Below, piece by piece: positions 54,401-64,000 of a DNA stretch of 64,000 bases (positions are counted from its first letter, which is position 1; each line of letters opens with the position of its first letter). The notes below the pieces were generated by a model. That model was not told the origin of the DNA. It saw only the letters and a list, made by a program, of their open reading frames with translations, and did not search any database. The stretch is from Eledone cirrhosa (Eukaryota), in contig OZ024740.1 of assembly GCA_964016885.1 (NCBI GenBank), positions 314,340,001 to 314,404,000 of the forward strand, read 5' to 3'. A program made the translations under genes and the position numbers.

Positions 54401-57109
54401 TGCCAAACACGAAGGTTGCATTGTCAGAGCTAAGGCGCGTGCGCTGAGAAACGAGGGAACTAAAGCTGTTCGATGGGCCCGCGTGGCGGAGGCGCAGCGT
54501 GGTAATAAAACCACAATTCGGTCTTTGACGGACCGAGACGGACACGAGATAAGCGATTCCAAGCGGATGTGTGAGGCCTTTCGCCAGCACTTTGCTCGGT
54601 TGTTCAGGGAGAGTGGCGAGTCAGAGAGAGTAGCGGATTTCAGTCCCTACCTTGACGGCTTGCCGCGCATCTCGACTGTCGACGCTGAGCGCTGCGAAAG
54701 GCCGATTACTTCAGCCGAAATTCAGGACGCCCTTGTCGGCTGCATGAGGCGCAAGTCACTCGGTTTGGATGGCCTGCCCTACGAGCTTTACGTAAATATG
54801 CCAGACTTGTTCTCCGAACTCCTCGAAGCACTCTACTGCAACTGGCAGCAGAATGGGAGTATTCCCAGTTCTGTGAGCAGGGGAGTGGTGACGCTGATAA
54901 TGAAAGACGAGAACAAGAGGGATACATTAGACAACTTCAGGCCCATAACTCTGCTCAACACAGAGTTTAAGATTTTGGCCAAGGTGTTAGCAAAGAGATT
55001 GGCGCTCGTCGTCGAGGATTTGGTTGGGGAGGCGCAAACTTGCGCAATCCCAGCCAGGTCCATACACGACAATCTCCACCTCATGCGATACATCATAGAG
55101 AGGGTAGGGTGTAAACCTGGCTTCGGTGGGGCACTGATCAATTTAGATCAATCGAAAGCATTCGATAGGGTCGACCATCGGTATCTGGAGTTTGTCCTCA
55201 AAGCAGCTGGCTTCGGCCCTGTCTTTAGAAGCTGGATCGTTGCAATGCACAGCGGCACACGCTCGGTGGTCAAGGTTAATGGCCACCTCTCGGAACCATT
55301 TCGGCTCTCCCGATCGGTCCGTCAAGGGTGCCCTCTCTCTTCCCTTCTGTACGTATTGACTCTCGAGCCTTTACTGCGGAAGCTGGAGCTGTTGCAGGGC
55401 ATCCCGCTCGAACCGGGACGTGGAAAGGCGGTGTCGGCTTATGCGGACGACATCACCGTGATGGTGTCGAACACCTCAGAAATCGAGGTGGTCGGCACCT
55501 TATTGAAGGAATATGAAAGGTTGACAGGAGCCAAACTTAACCCGGAAAAGTCGGTGGGCTTGCAGCTCGGAACCTGGAGAGGCAAGCTCATGCCGTCCAA
55601 CAGCGTCGTGGGGCGCTGGACGGACCGGTAAAGTTGCTCGGGGTTTGGTTCGGACCAGACCTCCAGGTGGAAAAGAATTGGGACGAGGTAACGAGTAGAG
55701 TAGCCAGTCTCACCCAAAAATGGGCTGGGAGGAAGCTATCACTGAAAGGTCGCGCGGAGGTGGCGAATGCGTACATCGCGTCCGTCATCTACTACCGCCT
55801 GACCGTCGTGCCTTGCCCCCGTCCGCGCCTCGTCAAGTTGGAACGGCTCCTCTTCAAATTCTTGTGGAGGGGACAAGTTCCGTTGGTGAGGCGGTCCATC
55901 TGCTGCCAGCACCCTCTACGCGGAGGGCTGGGCATGCCGTGGCTAATGATGCGCAGACATGCGTTGAGGCTGCGACATCTCCAGATATTCTGCCTCAACG
56001 GTGAACAGGTGTGGTCGCCGTTTATCAGACGGGCCTTTCCGCAGCTCATTTCTTTGACTGAGCTGCAGTCCTGGGTCAAGAAGAGACCGAGACTGGGTGA
56101 CTGGCACCTGGAATGTTGCCAGGTACTCACTGCCCTCTACCAAGCGGGCAATGCGATCAGTGGAACTTCCACTCTCGAGTTCTATAGAGGATTAGTGGTG
56201 GGCAAGTGCGATGACGCGCTCGGAGAAGCTTTGGGCCTCGACGAAGTCGAACTGACCAGTCTGTACCGGAGGACTTTTGAGCCGGGGACGATGGACAATT
56301 TCCAAAAACCCCTCGCTTGGCAGTGCTACCGGGGGGCACTGCCGGTTCGGGATAAACTCTACAGGCACGGAAGTGCTGTCAGACGGACCTGCCCAAGATG
56401 TGCACAGAACGACGAAACCGTTCTGCACGCACTTCTCCAATGTCCGTGCATTACTGACTTGTGGAGTTATGTCGAACAGCTACTGTCGCGTGTGGAACGA
56501 ATCCGGCTATCGGCCGAGTCCATAGTGAAGATCGATCCACCGCCTTCCTTAGGTCAGGAAGAGCAGGAAATTTTCCTATGTCTGGTGGCAGTTGCGAAAG
56601 AGATTATATGGTGGACGAGGTTGAAAGGACTAAAGACAGACACTTTTCTCTTCGGCCAATCCCTCATCAACTTCTTCAAGTTTCACCTGGAAAGGAAGGT
56701 GAGGGTGGAGAGAGAAGTGCTGCCCCCCAGTACATTTGCTAAAAGGTGGGTGAATGTGGCGAGAATGGCTCGTGTGAATGGGCCTACTCTGACCATGCGC
56801 CTATAGGCTAGCTAACTTGAGGAGAGGGGTGCTCTCCCTGAGTGCCCTAGAAGCGCAGGGTGGTTCAGGATTGGTGGAGTACCCGAATCACCCCAGGGTC
56901 GTCCACCACCTATCGGGGAATTTATCTTGTTATATTTATGCATAGTTTATTTTATATTTTTATATTTTCATTGTTAAATTAGTCTTGCCATTGTGCACTT
57001 TTACTCGACCTTATTGTAAACCCCCACTGTCCCTGTCTTTGTATTGTCCCCTACATGTCGGCCCTGGTGGCTAATAAATGAAATCATTATTATTATTATT
57101 ATTATTATT
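51456..57109 (+). mobile_element. Tx1-like LINE, array unit B (divergent family, disrupted)
   Basis: ORF1 51683-53700, broken, with CFVCGEATHLQAFC knuckle. ORF2 53688-56806 with stops and a deletion in the APE domain. (ATT)n tail. Confidence 0.92.
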
Positions 57110-57324
57110 GAATGCCATGGTTGACGGAGGCTCGGCTCTGTAAGGTATAGTAATTTTTAACCGTTAAAACAATTGTAAATTGTTTAAAACTTGAACTAAA
57201 TTGTTGATAAAGACACCCTCCTCCTCGTGAGAGGGGTCTTTCTGTCCGTTATTTGGCCCTTCGGGGTTAAATAACCAGTTATTTGGGGTTTTGTACCCAA
57301 TATTCATTTTAAACAAAAAACAAC

Positions 57325-59421
57325 ATGGCTACGAAAAAGAAATTTCATACGTCACTCCCACTCATTCCGTCTTCTTCTTCCTCAATCATCACTACAGCAG
57401 AGAGAAGATTGTCTCTCTCCCTCCCTTCTTTAAATGTGTCTCTCTCCCTCCCTTCTCTTTCGCAAGTGACGAAAGAAAAGAAAAGTCTCGTGCAAAGCGT
57501 GCAAGGTTTCTCCACGACGACGACGACAGCGACGAAACAGGTGTGCGGGAAATACGAAAACCCAGTTCATTCGTCTGACGTCAGGAATAATAGCAGTAGC
57601 AGCCGTAATAACAACAGCAACAGTGGCAATGAAAACAACAGTAGCAGCCGCAACAGCATCACCAGCAGCATAAACAACAACAGCATTAGCAGCAGCAACA
57701 CCAACAACAACCACAGCAACAGCGGCGGAGGCAGTAGTCGTAGTACCTGCAGCAACAACAAAAGTACCAGCAGCTCTGACGACAACAACAACAGCAGAGA
57801 AAAACCAATCTCATTTGCAGGTATTGCGAAAAACTTGGAAACAATCCTCATAACAAATGAGGAATTAGAGGAAGCGAAGAAGATGGTGACAAAGAACGGA
57901 CACCGAGCAATCTGCAAGGCAGCGAAAAATTTTTTCGAAACCCAAGAGCACTGTACGGTCACGTACCGTACAGTAAGTACAAAATCCCGTAGGGTGGAAA
58001 GAGCCACAGAGGCCCAAATACAAAAAGCCTTGGGGTCTGTGTGGCAGCGGAAAACGCACATCACCCGAGGCAAAAAATATGCCACCGTAGACGTACTTTT
58101 TGCCACACCCCAGGAGGCAAAGGCCCAATCAGTAGTGACCCTAAGGAGCGAGGAAATGGTGTTGGTGCCCTCCTACTGTGGGCAAAAAATTGTGAGGGTC
58201 AAACTGACCCACGTCCCCCCCGGAATGACCCCTTCTTGGCTGGCCGCGTCTGTCCTCGTCGGAATCGAGGACAAAACAACTGTACTGCAAGTACAGAAAA
58301 AAGTAAGAGAAGATTGGGTCGGCTCCTCCATTGAGATGCTAATCCAAACCAACCAGGAGTGCATCGAAGCTATCCCGGATGTGATAGACTTCGATAACGG
58401 CACTCAACTGCCCATAAGTGTTGAGGGCAAACGCCCGAAATTCTTTCGCTGTGGATCGAAGACTCACCTCAGGGCCTTCTGCAACGAGAAGACCCTGAGA
58501 AAGGAGAAAACCCCCCTCCTTCCGAATCCGGCTCCACGGCTACCAGCAACAGGACAAGCGGCAACCAGGAACGATAGGCCCGTGGCACCCATACCCACTC
58601 CACGGAAATCAAAAACAGCAGCAGCAGTGGAAATACTAACAACAACAACAGCAATACCAAATGCAGCTGCAACAGAGACTCCAGTGCAAACATCACCAAC
58701 AACAACAAGTGAAAGAGTGGAGTTGGTACCCCTCCCCGACCTCACAGAATCAGACATGGAGTGTGAGGTGGGAGAGAGATGGCAAAAGGTCGTAAGAAGG
58801 CACAAACGCAGAAGCAGCGCATCGTCGCCTTTGAAAAGGGAGGAAAGAAATGAGAAAAGGGTAAAGTCTACTGCAAAGAGACCCACAGCAGCAACAACAC
58901 CAACACCATCACCACCCACACTAGCGCCACCATCACCACCGGCGACAACCCCACCGCCAACAACACCTTCAACACCACCACCACAAGCACCAACATCGCA
59001 AACACAACAACAAAACACACACACCCAGCAACAACGACAAGAAAATAGCAGAACCACACCCCACCCCCAGAAAAACAAATGCACGGCAATAAATACACAC
59101 AACAAGAAACTAATGACTTACATAATTGAACACACAGACATTTCACAACAGGACTACATAATACCAGCACCAATCAAAACGCCAACTAACATAAGACTGC
59201 TAAAAATAGCACAGAAACAATACACAAATATTAAAACGAAATTCCCCAACGCAGTTGGTGATTTCAGGGACCTAGGAGGAACCATCAATCGAAGAGTATA
59301 CTCAGACATTCTCTTAGAAGAGCCGACGACCAGCCGAAGGGACGATTCAACGGTCCCTTCACCAGACGATCAAGTGAAAAGGGATGTAAAAACCATCCCT
59401 CCTCTACCAAAAGTACGGTAA
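57325..59421 (+). CDS. LINE ORF1 protein (698 aa; RRM-like region, degenerate CCHC knuckle, Pro/Thr-rich linker)
   Basis: Open frame homologous to ORF1 of units A and B; FFRCGSKTHLRAFC. Confidence 0.88.
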   Translation: MATKKKFHTSLPLIPSSSSSIITTAERRLSLSLPSLNVSLSLPSLSQVTKEKKSLVQSVQGFSTTTTTATKQVCGKYENPVHSSDVRNNSSSSRNNNSNSGNENNSSSRNSITSSINNNSISSSNTNNNHSNSGGGSSRSTCSNNKSTSSSDDNNNSREKPISFAGIAKNLETILITNEELEEAKKMVTKNGHRAICKAAKNFFETQEHCTVTYRTVSTKSRRVERATEAQIQKALGSVWQRKTHITRGKKYATVDVLFATPQEAKAQSVVTLRSEEMVLVPSYCGQKIVRVKLTHVPPGMTPSWLAASVLVGIEDKTTVLQVQKKVREDWVGSSIEMLIQTNQECIEAIPDVIDFDNGTQLPISVEGKRPKFFRCGSKTHLRAFCNEKTLRKEKTPLLPNPAPRLPATGQAATRNDRPVAPIPTPRKSKTAAAVEILTTTTAIPNAAATETPVQTSPTTTSERVELVPLPDLTESDMECEVGERWQKVVRRHKRRSSASSPLKREERNEKRVKSTAKRPTAATTPTPSPPTLAPPSPPATTPPPTTPSTPPPQAPTSQTQQQNTHTQQQRQENSRTTPHPQKNKCTAINTHNKKLMTYIIEHTDISQQDYIIPAPIKTPTNIRLLKIAQKQYTNIKTKFPNAVGDFRDLGGTINRRVYSDILLEEPTTSRRDDSTVPSPDDQVKRDVKTIPPLPKVR

Positions 59422-59456
59422 GTGGTCTTTCCCATCTTTTCCACTCTATTTTAAAC

Positions 59457-62400
59457 ATGACCTCACTCAGAATAGGCAGCATAAATGCGCGTGGCTTGGG
59501 GTCGTCATGGAAGCAGGGTCACCTGCTCAACGACCTCAGGTCACTAAACATAGATGTAGTGGCCATCAGCGAGACCAGAATCTCCGAAGCACGGGCCTTC
59601 GCACCGATCTTCGGCGGCTATGATGTCTACGCATCTCCCAGCCGTCCTGGATCGGGTGGAGGAGTTGCTGTGCTTTTTCGGAGAGGTTTGGATCTCGCCA
59701 TACGGGCCATCTTCCTGGACCCAGAGGGTAAGCTGGTGGTGCTGGACGTGACCAGCGGAGACGGGCAAGCTTTCAGGCTAGTGGCCGTCTATGCCCCGAC
59801 AGGAGCAGGGCGGCCTGATTTCTTCCGGCGTCTGGAGACCTTTCTTGGAACGTCCCGCTCTTTAGTGTTAGTGGGCGACTGGAACGGGATCTTAGATGCA
59901 CGCTGGGACTGTGTGGGATTAGCGGATAGGGGTGGAGGGTGCAAGAGCCTCACCAACCTGCTCAGGCGTTTTGAACTGTCTGACAGGTACCGATTGGATT
60001 TCCCGAATGTGCCAATGTGGACTTGGACAAACCGCATAGGGTCATCCAGATCATATCTAGATAGAGTATTTTGTAGGCAAATAGATAGGTCTAGCATAGG
60101 CTGTCCACAATTCAAGATAGTCAGCTACACGGACCACAAATTCGTGACCTGTGTGCTTGACTTAGATAGGCTTCATAGACGAGGACCCGGCTACTGGAAG
60201 CTAAACGCGTCCTTACCAGCGCGCAAGGCCTACAGAGACCGGATTAGCGAACTAGTTAAGCGGGCGTTGACGGGGGCCATCGTCAACAACAAGTGGTGGT
60301 TTGCTCTGAAAAGAGCGATTAGAATAGAATCGATTAGGTTTAGTAAGGCTTTAGCAATAGAGAAAAATAGAGCAGAGGGAGAACTAGTTAGAAAATTAGA
60401 CGAGGCGCTTAGCAAAGGCATTGCGACCGACGTGCTTGCGGCGAAATTGGCCCTTGACCAATTCTTCAATGCAAAGCACGAAGGCTGCGTTGTCAGAGCT
60501 AGGGTGCGTGCTCTCAGACACGAGGGGACGAAAGCCGTTCAATGGGCCCGAGTGGCGGAGGCGCGTCGTGGCAACAAAGCCACGATCCGGTCTTTGGTGG
60601 ACCACGACGGGCGCATGCTACTCGATCCCGGGCAAATGTGTGAAGCTTTTCAGCGACACTTCGCTCAACTGTTCGGGGGCGGCGGGGGGCCGGGTAGAGG
60701 GATGGACTTTAGTGTCTACCTCGACGGACTGCCGCGGCTCTCGGCCACTGAGGCGAAGTGTTGCGAAAAGCCGATAACAGCCGCTGAAGTAAGGGAGGAA
60801 ATGACTGGCTGCACAAGGGGTAAATCGCCTGGTTTGGATGGTCTGCCCTATGAACTTTACGTACAGATGCCAGACTTGTTCGGAGGCCTCTTGGCGGACG
60901 TCTACTGCAACTGGCAACAGAACGGGAGAATTCCCAGTTCTGTGAGCCGAGGAGCGGTGGCACTGCTGAGAAAGGATCCGAACAAGGGGGATAACATAGA
61001 CAATTTCCGGCCCATAACTCTGCTAAACACAGAGTTTAAGATTTTGGCCAAGGTGCTAGCAAAGAGGTTGGCGCTTGTCGTTAGTGGTCTGGTGGGAGAG
61101 GCGCAGACATGCGCCATTCCCGACAGATCCATCCACGACAACCTCCACCTCATGCGATACATCGTAGAGAGGGTAGCTAGGGAACCTGGCACGGGTGGGT
61201 CCTTGATCAATTTAGATCAGTCGAAAGCTTTCGATAGGGTCGACCATCGTTACCTAGCGGCAGTCCTGAGGGCGGCTGGCTTTGGGCCCGTCTTCAGAGG
61301 CTGGATCGCTGCCATGCACAGCGACATCTGCTCTGTGGTGAGAGTGAACGGTCACCTGTCGGAACCGTTCAACATCATGCGCTCGGTCCGCCAAGGATGT
61401 CCCCTCTCGTCCCTCTTGTACGTATTGACTCTCGAGCCATTACTGCACAAACTGGAGACGTTGAGGGGAGTCCCGCGCGAACTAGGATGCGGAAGATCAG
61501 TGTCAGCATATGCGGACGATGTCACCGTAGTGGTGTCGAGCGCCAAACACATCGAGGCGATCGGCACTACACTAAGAGAATACGAAGCGGTGACAGGAGC
61601 AATGATCAACCAGGAAAAGTCAGTGGGCCTGCAGCTCGGCACCTGGAGAGGCAGGTCCATGCCGTCCAACAGCGTCGTCGGACGCTGGACGGACGGACCG
61701 GTTAAATTGCTAGGGGTCTGGTTCGGTCCGGACCTCCAGACGGACAAAAACTGGGACGAGGTGACGAGCAGGGTGGCTTCTCTCACCCAGAAATGGGCGG
61801 AGAGGAAGCTATCCCTGAAAGGTCGAGCGGAGGTGGCTAACGCGTACATCGCGTCTGTCATCTGCTACCGCCTAACCGTCGTATTTTGTCCTAAGCCTCG
61901 CCTGACTGCGCTGGAGCGTTTGCTCTTTCGCTTTTTGTGGAAGGGACGTGCTCCGATGGTCAGGCGGTCCATCTGTTGTCAACACCCGCTACGTGGAGGG
62001 CTGGGCATGCCGTGGCTGATGATGCGCAGGCACGCGCTCAGGCTACGACATCTCCACCTCTTCCTCGACGGTGATCAGGTGTGGTCGCCGTTTGCTAGAC
62101 GCGTTTTTCCCCAGCTCGTTTCCTTGACGGAGCTGCAGTCCTGGGTCAAGCGAAGACCGAGAGGGAGCGCCTGGAGACTGGAATGTCTTCAGGCGCTCAC
62201 AGCCCTCGACCAATCGGGCAATGTGATCGGTGGAAACTCCACCTCGGCGTTCTATAGAGGATTAGTGGAGGGGAAGAGCGACGACGTACTTGGGGAAACT
62301 CTAGGCGTCGACGAAAATCAACTAGCCAATCTCTTCGTAAGAACTTTCGGGCCGGGGCCTATGGACAACTTCCAGAAATCTCTGGCCTGGCAGTGCTACC

Positions 62401-62876
62401 GAGGAGCCTTGCCAGTTCGGGATAAACTCTACAGGCATGGAGGTGCCGTCAGCCGGGCATGTCCGAGATGCGCGCAGGGCGACGAAACCGTCCTGCACGC
62501 ACTCGTCCAGTGTCCGAAAATTGCTGACTTGTGGGTTTATGTCGAACACCTGCTGTCGCGTTTAGGACGGATCCGGCTATCATCTGAGTCCATCGTGAGG
62601 ATTGCCCCGCCCTCCTCCTTTAGCCGGGAAGGGCAGGCAGTTTTTATCTGTCTGGTGGCCATGGCGAAAGAGATAGTATGGTGGACACGTTTGAAAGGGC
62701 TGAAGACGAGCACTTACCTCTTCGGTGATGCTCTGATTGACTTTTTCAAATTTCATTTGAAAAGGAAAATCAGAGTAGAGAGGGAAGTGCTCTCTTCCCA
62801 GCATTTTGTTGAAAGATGGGTGAGAGAAGCAAGAATGGCCCGAGTGAATGGGCCTACTCTGAGCATATATCTGTAA
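59457..62876 (+). CDS. LINE ORF2 protein (1139 aa; APE endonuclease, reverse transcriptase, C-terminal zinc motif), Tx1/L1 group
   Basis: SINARGL, ISETR, VYAP, GDWN, YLDR, TDHK; PGLDG, NFRPITLLN, KAFDRVDH, VRQGCPLS, YADD; CPRC..ETVLHALVQC. Confidence 0.96.
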   Translation: MTSLRIGSINARGLGSSWKQGHLLNDLRSLNIDVVAISETRISEARAFAPIFGGYDVYASPSRPGSGGGVAVLFRRGLDLAIRAIFLDPEGKLVVLDVTSGDGQAFRLVAVYAPTGAGRPDFFRRLETFLGTSRSLVLVGDWNGILDARWDCVGLADRGGGCKSLTNLLRRFELSDRYRLDFPNVPMWTWTNRIGSSRSYLDRVFCRQIDRSSIGCPQFKIVSYTDHKFVTCVLDLDRLHRRGPGYWKLNASLPARKAYRDRISELVKRALTGAIVNNKWWFALKRAIRIESIRFSKALAIEKNRAEGELVRKLDEALSKGIATDVLAAKLALDQFFNAKHEGCVVRARVRALRHEGTKAVQWARVAEARRGNKATIRSLVDHDGRMLLDPGQMCEAFQRHFAQLFGGGGGPGRGMDFSVYLDGLPRLSATEAKCCEKPITAAEVREEMTGCTRGKSPGLDGLPYELYVQMPDLFGGLLADVYCNWQQNGRIPSSVSRGAVALLRKDPNKGDNIDNFRPITLLNTEFKILAKVLAKRLALVVSGLVGEAQTCAIPDRSIHDNLHLMRYIVERVAREPGTGGSLINLDQSKAFDRVDHRYLAAVLRAAGFGPVFRGWIAAMHSDICSVVRVNGHLSEPFNIMRSVRQGCPLSSLLYVLTLEPLLHKLETLRGVPRELGCGRSVSAYADDVTVVVSSAKHIEAIGTTLREYEAVTGAMINQEKSVGLQLGTWRGRSMPSNSVVGRWTDGPVKLLGVWFGPDLQTDKNWDEVTSRVASLTQKWAERKLSLKGRAEVANAYIASVICYRLTVVFCPKPRLTALERLLFRFLWKGRAPMVRRSICCQHPLRGGLGMPWLMMRRHALRLRHLHLFLDGDQVWSPFARRVFPQLVSLTELQSWVKRRPRGSAWRLECLQALTALDQSGNVIGGNSTSAFYRGLVEGKSDDVLGETLGVDENQLANLFVRTFGPGPMDNFQKSLAWQCYRGALPVRDKLYRHGGAVSRACPRCAQGDETVLHALVQCPKIADLWVYVEHLLSRLGRIRLSSESIVRIAPPSSFSREGQAVFICLVAMAKEIVWWTRLKGLKTSTYLFGDALIDFFKFHLKRKIRVEREVLSSQHFVERWVREARMARVNGPTLSIYL

Positions 62877-63126
62877 ATTAAAGGTGGAAAACTGGGAGAG
62901 GGCACTTGCCTTGGTGGTCAGGGTCATTGTGGCTTTTTACTGGGCTTTCTCCACAAATGTCCCTCCGAAGTCTCCCCCCCCTTATTGGGGAATTTTTCAT
63001 TGTTATTTTTGTTACATCCTCTGTTTTTGTTTTTTACACGCAGAAATGCCCATTTGTACCGTCCTGCATTGTCCTGCACTGTCCTTAATGTCTACTTTAT
63101 GTAAACCCTTGTGGTTAATAAAGAAA

Positions 63127-63161
<35 letters not shown>

Positions 63162-63413
63162 ATACACTGGGATAATTGCTGGCCTTGTGCCTAACGTAGA
63201 AACAATTATTATTATTATTATTATTATTATTGTGAATTGGCAGTATCGGTAGAGGGTTGGGTGCCATGCTTTGATGCATAGAGTTACGGCCCTTGCCATT
63301 CTGAGTTCAAATCCCGCCGAGGTTAACTTTGCCTTTCATCCTTACGGGGTCGATAAAATAAAGTACCAGTAATGTACTGGGTAATTGCTGGCCTTGTGCC
63401 AAAAGTAGAAACA

Positions 63414-63473
<60 letters not shown>

Positions 63474-63698
63474 CACTGGGTAATTGCTGGCCTTGTGCCT
63501 AACGTAGAAACAATTATTATTATTATTATTATTATCATAAAGGGCCGGACACCATGCTTTGCAGCATAGAGTTACGGCCCTTTATGATCTGAGTTCAAAT
63601 ACCGCCGAGGTTAACTTTGCCTTTCATAAAGTACCAGTAATTTAATCGACTTTCCCCTCTCCCCAAATTGTTGGCCTTGTTCCTAAATCAAAAACTAT
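63162..63698 (+). mobile_element. Tandem pile of SINE family 1 pieces separated by (ATT)n
   Basis: Tail-only pieces at 63162-63204 and 63471-63512, near-full copy at 63232-63413, partial copy at 63540-63698. Confidence 0.88.
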
Positions 63699-63870
63699 TG
63701 CTGTTGTTGTTGTTATTGTTGTACTTGTTACTGTTGTTGTTGTACTTGTTATTGTTGTTGTTGTATTCGATGTTGTTATTGTATTTCTTGTTGGTGTTAT
63801 TGTATTTGTTGTTGTTGTTGTTGTTGTTGTACTTGTTGTTCTTCTTGTTTTGCTGCTGTTGTTGATGATG
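63696..63870. repeat. (GTT)n-rich low-complexity tract
   Basis: Direct reading. Confidence 0.9.
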
Positions 63871-64000
63871 TTTAAATTAATACTGGTAAATAAATAAAAG
63901 CTGGAGGTGTTTAACGCCGTAAATATAATCTTTACAGCATCACACTTCAATGTATTGATTGCTCATCCTAGTTTAAACAGAACTCAAGAGGTCTCATAAT

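Larger units (their letters stand above)
57110..63160 (+). mobile_element. Tx1-like LINE, array unit C (full length, both ORFs open)
   Basis: 5' UTR, ORF1, 35-nt spacer, ORF2, 3' UTR, (ATT)n tail. Confidence 0.95.

Noticed and set aside
47855-62927. Recurrent antisense and alternative-frame ORFs within ORF2
   Set aside because: They recur only because the units are near-identical GC-rich copies; no independent coding evidence

Overview
Eukaryotic, repeat-saturated DNA. The SINE types and microsatellite density suggest an octopus-like cephalopod (inference). There are no prokaryotic features and no CRISPR. Main contents: (1) a minus-strand host gene, with three phase-compatible exons recovered (Sushi/CCP, transmembrane, cytoplasmic) plus CUB-like and C-type-lectin-like remnants further upstream; (2) an 18-kb head-to-tail array of four Tx1/L1-group LINEs separated only by (ATT)n, the last with intact ORF1 and ORF2; (3) an 8.6-kb pile-up of R4/Dong-like RLE retrotransposons and non-autonomous elements inside (CATA)n; (4) a Penelope-like element with an inverted terminal copy, plus several minimal hammerhead motifs; (5) a young non-autonomous LTR element with a tRNA-Trp PBS; (6) RTE, hAT and mariner remnants, three tRNA-SINE families and many satellites. 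The most notable observations are an apparent ATT-targeted Tx1 LINE/SINE partnership (shared 3' end, TSDs starting with ATT), a spacer between ORF1 and ORF2 that looks like a 52-53 nt intron whose removal fuses the ORFs in frame, divergent ORF1s on near-identical ORF2s, and an over-long PBS with an m1A58-type mismatch. All alignments were made by eye and family names come from motif recall, not database searches.
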